Positions 57,258-64,000 of a stretch of DNA of 64,000 nt are shown here, in pieces; positions within the stretch are counted from its first letter, which is position 1; each line of letters starts with the position of its first letter. A program made the translations under genes and the position numbers. The stretch comes from Octopus vulgaris (Eukaryota). The notes under the pieces are model-generated. The model did not search any database and was not told the origin of the DNA. It worked only from the letters and a program-made list of their open reading frames with translations. Location: assembly GCA_951406725.2 (NCBI GenBank), contig OX597817.1:175708001-175772000 (forward strand). Direction: 5' to 3'.

Positions 57258-59064
57258 TATTTTAATCCATTCTTGTTGCTTTTTCCTATTTGTAATCACC
57301 CCACTTGTCGTATGGTTAACACCATACAGATTTCCGGTGCATCCTAGTTAAGGACCATATTCATGTGAATTCATTTAAATTCACTTGAATCTCAATTACT
57401 TAAACCGTATATATAACTATATATATATATAACTATATATATATATGTTGGGTTTGAATACAAAAATCTTTGAAAAAAGGGGGATTGAAATATAATGTAG
57501 ATCAATGGATCTAGTGCTGATGTTATGATAAATGCACCCACACAACTGTTCATAACAGGAAAGGCAACTGTTGAATAATTCAGAGTGAGTCAGCATTCAC
57601 AAACCAAGCTGGTTTTCTTCAATGAGATATTAATCATTTATCAAGTTATAATACATATAGACGTTATCAATAGAACATCCTTAAGGAACATGAATAGCCA
57701 TAATGAATATATCTGCATAAGAATCTTCTGATTTGCACATATATATGATTTGCTAATGCAAAAATATGTTGCTTGTCATAAACATAATCCTTGTTTCAAT
57801 GTGGTTTAAATATTGCTTTAGTTGAGCAGAATAAAAACAAAATGATAACAATGAATAAAAACAGAAATGGAAAAGAAAATTACTTCACACAGCAACACAA
57901 TGGTTTGTTTATGATAATAATGGTAATGTGGAAAATTACAAAGAAGTGGATGTTTTTTTTTTTTTTATTGGAATTATTTCTTTGAGAGAAGACATTTTGC
58001 AAAATGTACTTAATACTACAGAATGCAATAAACAAGACGATAGCTTTCAGTAAGTATATAGAATGGTGAGCATATGAGTAAGGAAATTGAAGCCATGGCT
58101 GTTAGCTTATTTCCAGATAGCGAGATCAGGATAAGCAGATTAAATAGCTAAATAGAGATGGGTGGGTGGGTGTTAGGGAAGGATGAATGGACAGATAAAT
58201 AGAAATGGGTAGATGGATGGCTAGCTATGGATGGACGCATGGATAAATAGTGATGGATGGATGGCTAACGAGAGATAGAGAGAGAGTTGGATGGATAAAT
58301 AGACATGGAGAAAGATAGATACAATATTTTTACTGGGGAACCAAGTAAAATAAATACTTTTGGAAGTAGAAGTGCTAGTTCTATAGCAGTAATATTTATA
58401 AGATTTAATTTTAAAGCAAAATTGCAGGAGCAATCAACAATACATCTAGCTAGAAATTGACATGTTTGAGTGTCAATGGTGGCCTTATTGATATCCTTGT
58501 GTCTCAAATCAGTACTTGAATGCTTTATGTCATGTCCATTAAAATCTTTGCCATTACTTTCCAATAGATATTCTTTCACTAGTTTCAGACATTTGACTGT
58601 GGCAATGCTGAGGCACAGCATTCATAGTTCTATGATGATCATATTGACTCCAGTATTTCTTTAACCTGTTACTTTAATTAATTTATAATTGTAATGCTTT
58701 TTAAAATGACCCTGATTTTTTACATAAACACAGACATGGACAAACACATACACACAAATAGGCTTCTACCAAGCAAATTCCATTCACAAGGTGTTGGTCA
58801 ACCCAAAGCTACAGTAGACAACACCTGCCCAACGTTCTGCACAAGAGAAACTACGTAGTTATAAAACAAAATTCTTAACCATGCAGCCAATAATAGTTTA
58901 GTTTTGTGAAAGTGCAAGGCCAACATTTGCTGTGAAGAGATGCAGTCAGATGAATGCAATCAACCCCAGTATATTACTGGTGCCTATTTAATTGACTACA
59001 AACAGGATAAACAGAAAAGTTTGTTTACCTTGACAGAACTTGAATATAGTACATAGATAATCTC

Positions 59065-59510
59065 ACGGCAGGACAAGTGAGGCCATAACCCGTGGCCTCT
59101 ATGCATACCTTTCCTTCTTGGGACACAAAACTCTGCTTGCGAAGACCTGTTGAGAAAGTGAAATCGGAATCGAAATCACTCAAAAATCAATGGAAATTGT
59201 AGTTGTGATGCCAGTGCCGGTGGCACGTAAAAGAACCATCCGAACGTGGCCGTTGCCAGCGCCGCCCCGACTGGCCCCCATGCCGGTGGCACATAAAAAG
59301 CACCAACCGATCATGGCCGTTGCCAGCCTCGCCTGGCATGTAAAAAGCACCCACTACACTCACGGAGTGGTTGGCGTTAGGAAGGGCATCCAGCTGTAGA
59401 AACACTGCCAGATCAGACTGGGCCTGGTGCAGCCTCCTGGCTTCCCAGACCCCAGTCGAACCGTCCAACACATGCTAGCATGGAAAGCGGACGTTAAACG
59501 ATGATGATGA
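59065..59510 (+). mobile_element. RTE-tail-related repeat ending in (GAT)n
   Basis: ggttggcgttaggaagggcatccagctgtagaaac...gcatggaaagcggacgttaaacgatgatgat; inverse copies at 34126-34375 and 51790-51955. Confidence 0.7.
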
Positions 59511-59829
59511 TACAGGAGATTGTAATAGCTTTAATTTGATGGTTTGGCTTCCGTTAAATTCTTCCTTTCTTGTATCATCAAGTCAATGAATGTCCTGTGA
59601 TCCCATTCTTGACGTGTGCCAAGTGCTTTACAAAGAACTCTTATCACACAATACAAACCTGACTTCCTGCTGGTTTTCTTTGTCTTCTTTTGTTTCTTTC
59701 TAACTATAAAAACCACTCTCAGAATTTCAAGTTCAACTCCACTGCACAACACCTTGGGTAGGTGTCTTCTCTTACAGACCCAGGTAACCAAAGCTTTTTG
59801 CATGGATTTAGTAAATGAAAATTGAAAGC

Positions 59830-59869
<40 letters not shown>

Positions 59870-62104
59870 CTCCTTGTCTTGAAATCACACACAAGCTGAA
59901 AACAGATGTCACTATAAATGCAAAATGATGTTATTCTTTTGCAATCTTTAGTGGAATCATGACTTGTCACTGTACTGTTTGCATTCAAAGTATAAGGGAA
60001 CACAATCTTACTTGGAAAAAGTGAGAGTTGATGAGAGGAAGAGCAACCAGCTGTAGAAATACTGCCTCAAAGAATATCAACTGACGGAGAATAAAGTGAA
60101 CACCCACACAATGATGATGATGCTATTTTGTCAGCAAAGGCTTACATGTCTCAATATCAATGAATGTCAGCAATGAACTGATATAACTAGAGAGAGAAAC
60201 AATGAGGACCCTAACAGTAGTAACAAGAACATTTACAAGATGAGCCAATGAAGGAGTCTCTTTGCCAACACTCCACAAGCCAGACAGCTAAATCACCATG
60301 AAAGCATGTCCTATTGCTTAATAAAAGAAGGACAGATTGGTGAAAGGTGTGCTCCTAGATACAATGTGATTGAATAAAAGATGAACATTGTTGCAACACA
60401 ATGATCACAGGTCTGCTAAACTCGAGCTGACCTGGGGCTAAACAATACCAACATCATCTGACAGAAGTGCAAAGAAAAGATGAGAATGAAAGTTGCTTGT
60501 TGCAATTGCAATAAATCTCGTAGTTGTTATTACAGAGTGGGAAGCAGAACAAAAACATGTGAGGATGTTTTAGATTTCGATGCCGCAACTTTCTTTCAAA
60601 AGCAGTTAAAACATGTAAGATGAAAGATGTGAGAGCTTTCGACAACAATGCTTCAAATAATCACATACAGAGAATACGAGATGGCAGCTGAATGAGATTA
60701 TATGTATATACACACACACACACACAAATGCACATAGGTACACATGCATGCATGCACACACACAAAAGAAGGGGAGAGTAAATAGGTAAAAGAGTAGAGG
60801 AATATGGGTAGATGAGAAACAAAGCAGAAAATAGAGTGGGGTGAGGAAGGAGAGCGAGTGAAAAGTGTAGAAGGTTAGAAATTATGAGACAGATGTGCAA
60901 TCGAAATGTGTCTACAAAATTCATGGAATACATCAAAATTTGCAGTTTCTGTAAGCACGCTGCCAGTCTTTGTGCCATTACAACAACAGTTGTTAATAGT
61001 GTCTTACATTTGGCATAGATAGTTCTTGGGAATTTTGCAGTAAAGATGAAATGGAGTGAACCTTGATGTTCACACAAACTTAGCCTTTGCAAAAGACATG
61101 AAAAACCACAGCTAATCAATGCAACAGCCCAATTCCTTTGAACTGAATCTGTCCCCTTCCCTCCATTTCTTTCCTCCTTTTCACCTTTCAATATAGTTAC
61201 ACTAGAGTGCTAACTGTTATATAAAAGGTAACAGTGGGAGTATAGATTTTGCCACTCCAGGTAATAATATTGCATAGATACAATAATTATAATTTTGGTT
61301 TTTTAAATTTTATGGTGGATGAATACAAGTGAAATGAATACTAATTTTTCTAATAAAAATATTTATTAAATTAAAATAGAAACACATCACTTATTGTATA
61401 TGTGCAATCAATATATTACTGAGAACAATAAAACTGCTTAATAATCAATTAATTTCATTACATGTAACATTACCCGATACTGCTCAACAATGATAAATGG
61501 GTACCAATTTAGTGTGTGGTCTTCCTTCACTTCCTCACTTCAGTGTGCTGCCTACCTCCACTATAAGAACTTTATATTGCAGGATGATTAAAACAGGTTG
61601 AATAATGATTTATTATTTATGACAATGCAGTACAGGCCTGTATTCCACACCTCTGTTATGCTTTTGTTTTTCTTCCACTACACTACCACATTGATAACAA
61701 GGATCTGTTTCTTGTGATATATCCAGAAGATTGCTTTCCTATTAAAATGGAACTGTTGTTTCCGCTATTAAAATGATACATTAATAAAAAAAATCTTAAA
61801 ACATTGCAGTGGGTAGAATGTGTTACACAGATAATATATCTGCTTCAATTTGTGGATGTTAGATCTATTGATCTTTTATCCACACCAGTCAGGAGCACTC
61901 AGATCAGAGGCATAGAAAGAAAGGAGTAATCACAGGTAATAAATTTTTACCATGGAAGATCACAACCTGTGCTGAGCTCTCAGTAGGCAAAGCAAGTCAT
62001 TCCACAGCACAGCCCGCTTCTAGTGCAGCAGAGTGCATGCTAAAGTAGCTGCAATAAACGTAGGCTCCAAACATTACTTGTCATATGACAAGTAACCATG
62101 AACA

Positions 62105-62361
62105 CTGGTGGTTTTCAATCATTTTTTTTACACATGGAGCCCTTTCATCCCTATTTTAATCAGGTGGAACCTCATAGCTATTCAATGTTTTAAAATCCTA
62201 TTGTATTTTTTATTATTAAACATTATTAGGAATTGTATTAAAAAATTGTTTAAATATTTTGTGTATTGCAGAAATACGAGCAATTTCTTGCAGATAAATT
62301 CCAACAACAAAATCTTATATGGACCATCAAGGGTCATATGCCCACCAATTGAGAACTACTG
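62105..62361. mobile_element. Possible hAT-type MITE
   Basis: Ends gtggttttcaa / ttgagaactactg resemble CAGTGGTTCTCAA-type TIRs. Confidence 0.45.
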
Positions 62362-63190
62362 CTCTACACAAGCAATAGTAACCAAGAGAGATAGCCAAGA
62401 TATCACTGGTATTTATTGTTTAGGTTTCCCCACTCCCTTCTCATATCCTGATCAGGGAACTTCTGGACTCAGAACATAGAGCAATGGAATTAAATAATGT
62501 AAAACATTTAACCAATCATTCTTATTGCATCTGAAAAGTTTTATGCCTTCCAGTTGCTTGTCATGCTAGCATTAGCAACCAAACCTCTTTCAAGGTATTC
62601 TCTATCCTCTTAAAATGAGAAGCGGGTTAGATTTTCTTTGAAGAAATAGCCTTGCTGGAAACTTCAAATCTCACTTCTCAGGGAACAAGCTTTTATCTCA
62701 TTTCAACGAATTATGAAGCTCTTCGTCGTTATCAACCCAGTAGAGCAAAACTAATCTCAGTGGTATTAAAATTTGAAATAACTCTGTGTGTGTGTGTGTG
62801 CGCGCGCGTATTATACATACATATATAGAGAGAGGGAGAGAGAGAGATAACATCTCTCTCCTTGAAATAGTTCACATCTCCTTCTGTCTTTCCACCTCTC
62901 TCTGAATGAGAGAAAGCAGTGTGGATATAAAATTATATGCTAGCATATCAAAATAACGAACAAAATACAATGTATCCGAGTGCATAGACTTCTGATTCAA
63001 CATTAAAAGATATCTTTGCAGGATTATTTTCATTGAAAAAGCAAGCTGTATCTTTTCCACAAAGCTCAAAACACCAACCAGCCAACTAGCTCCAGTTATC
63101 TTGACAGCAACTAAACAACTCTCAAAGCCAAGTAGCTAAATGGTCACTAACAAATTACGACAAGATAAATATGAATAATCAAACACTAAG

Positions 63191-63229
<39 letters not shown>

Positions 63230-64000
63230 AACGTGTTTAAAATCTCATAAATTATGTTTTATATCTTTAAAGTAGAAGCACAAAAAGAAACCCATTCCGG
63301 ATGAGTACGAGTCTACGCACATTCTTGAGAAACGTGGGTGAAAGAGTAAAGGACAGAGGCAAAAAAGAACGTGAGGGACGAGTCGGAGTTTATGAATCAT
63401 ACTAAACATCCTTGGTGTACTCAACGATTCAATCAATTTCTCCAAGCCATTTTCCTCAAATGCATTAGCTACTCACAGCCATTTCTTACTACTACTACTA
63501 CCCCCAGAAAAAAAAGAAAAAAGAGAAAAGAATAAAAATTAAAACCTTAATGATTTCTCGCAATGATCACAATCAGATTTCAAATTCAGACATTCTTTTG
63601 GCTTACGATCATAAAATTGATAGTGGAAAATTATACGAAGCAATTGACACTGAAATTTAGGAATGAGATAAAAATTACAGAATTGTAATTTCCATATTTT
63701 TAGGATCCATGGTCTTGTTTCCACATGAAAAAAAAAAGAGAAAAGGGGTCGAAAAGTTTGAAAAGCTGTTTATTATCATTATTATTATAAACAAAATTGA
63801 AAAACACACTTGAAAGACTAAAAAGAAACAAATAGTATCAACTAATCAATTTTCAATGTAATCAAAACCAAAAAAGGAACCTGCACCCCCACCCCACCAA
63901 AAAAAAAAAAAAAAACGTGCAAAGCTTTATCACAAAGAGTGGATTTCATGCTTCAGAGTCGGAAACAGCTGCTGTTTACAAATGCCCAGAACATAAACCC

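Larger units (their letters stand above)
56601..57289. mobile_element. Inverted pair of 313-bp Penelope pseudo-LTR-like repeats (63-bp spacer), next to (TA)n
   Basis: 56601-56913 is the near-exact reverse complement of 56977-57289; homologous to 14390-14530. Confidence 0.85.

Noticed and set aside
48410-64000. Search for the tetraspanin first coding exon (KY..F..N..FW followed by GT)
   Set aside because: No convincing match found by eye, including the minus ORFs at 58265, 62872 and 63245; probably outside the window.

Overview
AT-rich, microsatellite- and SINE-dense animal genomic DNA. The repeat families resemble those of Octopus, but that is an inference. One host gene is well supported: a minus-strand TspanC8-type tetraspanin with six coding exons between 48407 and 27906, all phase 0 with GT-AG junctions; its first coding exon was not found. 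The rest is mobile DNA: a frameshifted R4/Dong-like RLE non-LTR element between (TAA)n tracts, RTE and CR1 LINE fragments, mariner and piggyBac relics, MITEs and many tRNA-derived SINEs. The most unusual signal is a Penelope-like system with no reverse transcriptase. An intact GIY-YIG endonuclease ORF (12247-13077, CxCx5C linker) directly follows a 3.5-kb higher-order (TAT)n array and lies upstream of a type I hammerhead ribozyme (HHR) that ends at (TA)n. The same HHR-bearing repeat recurs as a 313-bp-arm inverted pair at 56.6-57.3 kb, and several other HHR motifs occur in non-coding modules, mostly next to (TA)n. Most ORFs in the supplied track are microsatellite or SINE artefacts. Repeat boundaries are approximate and were read by eye.
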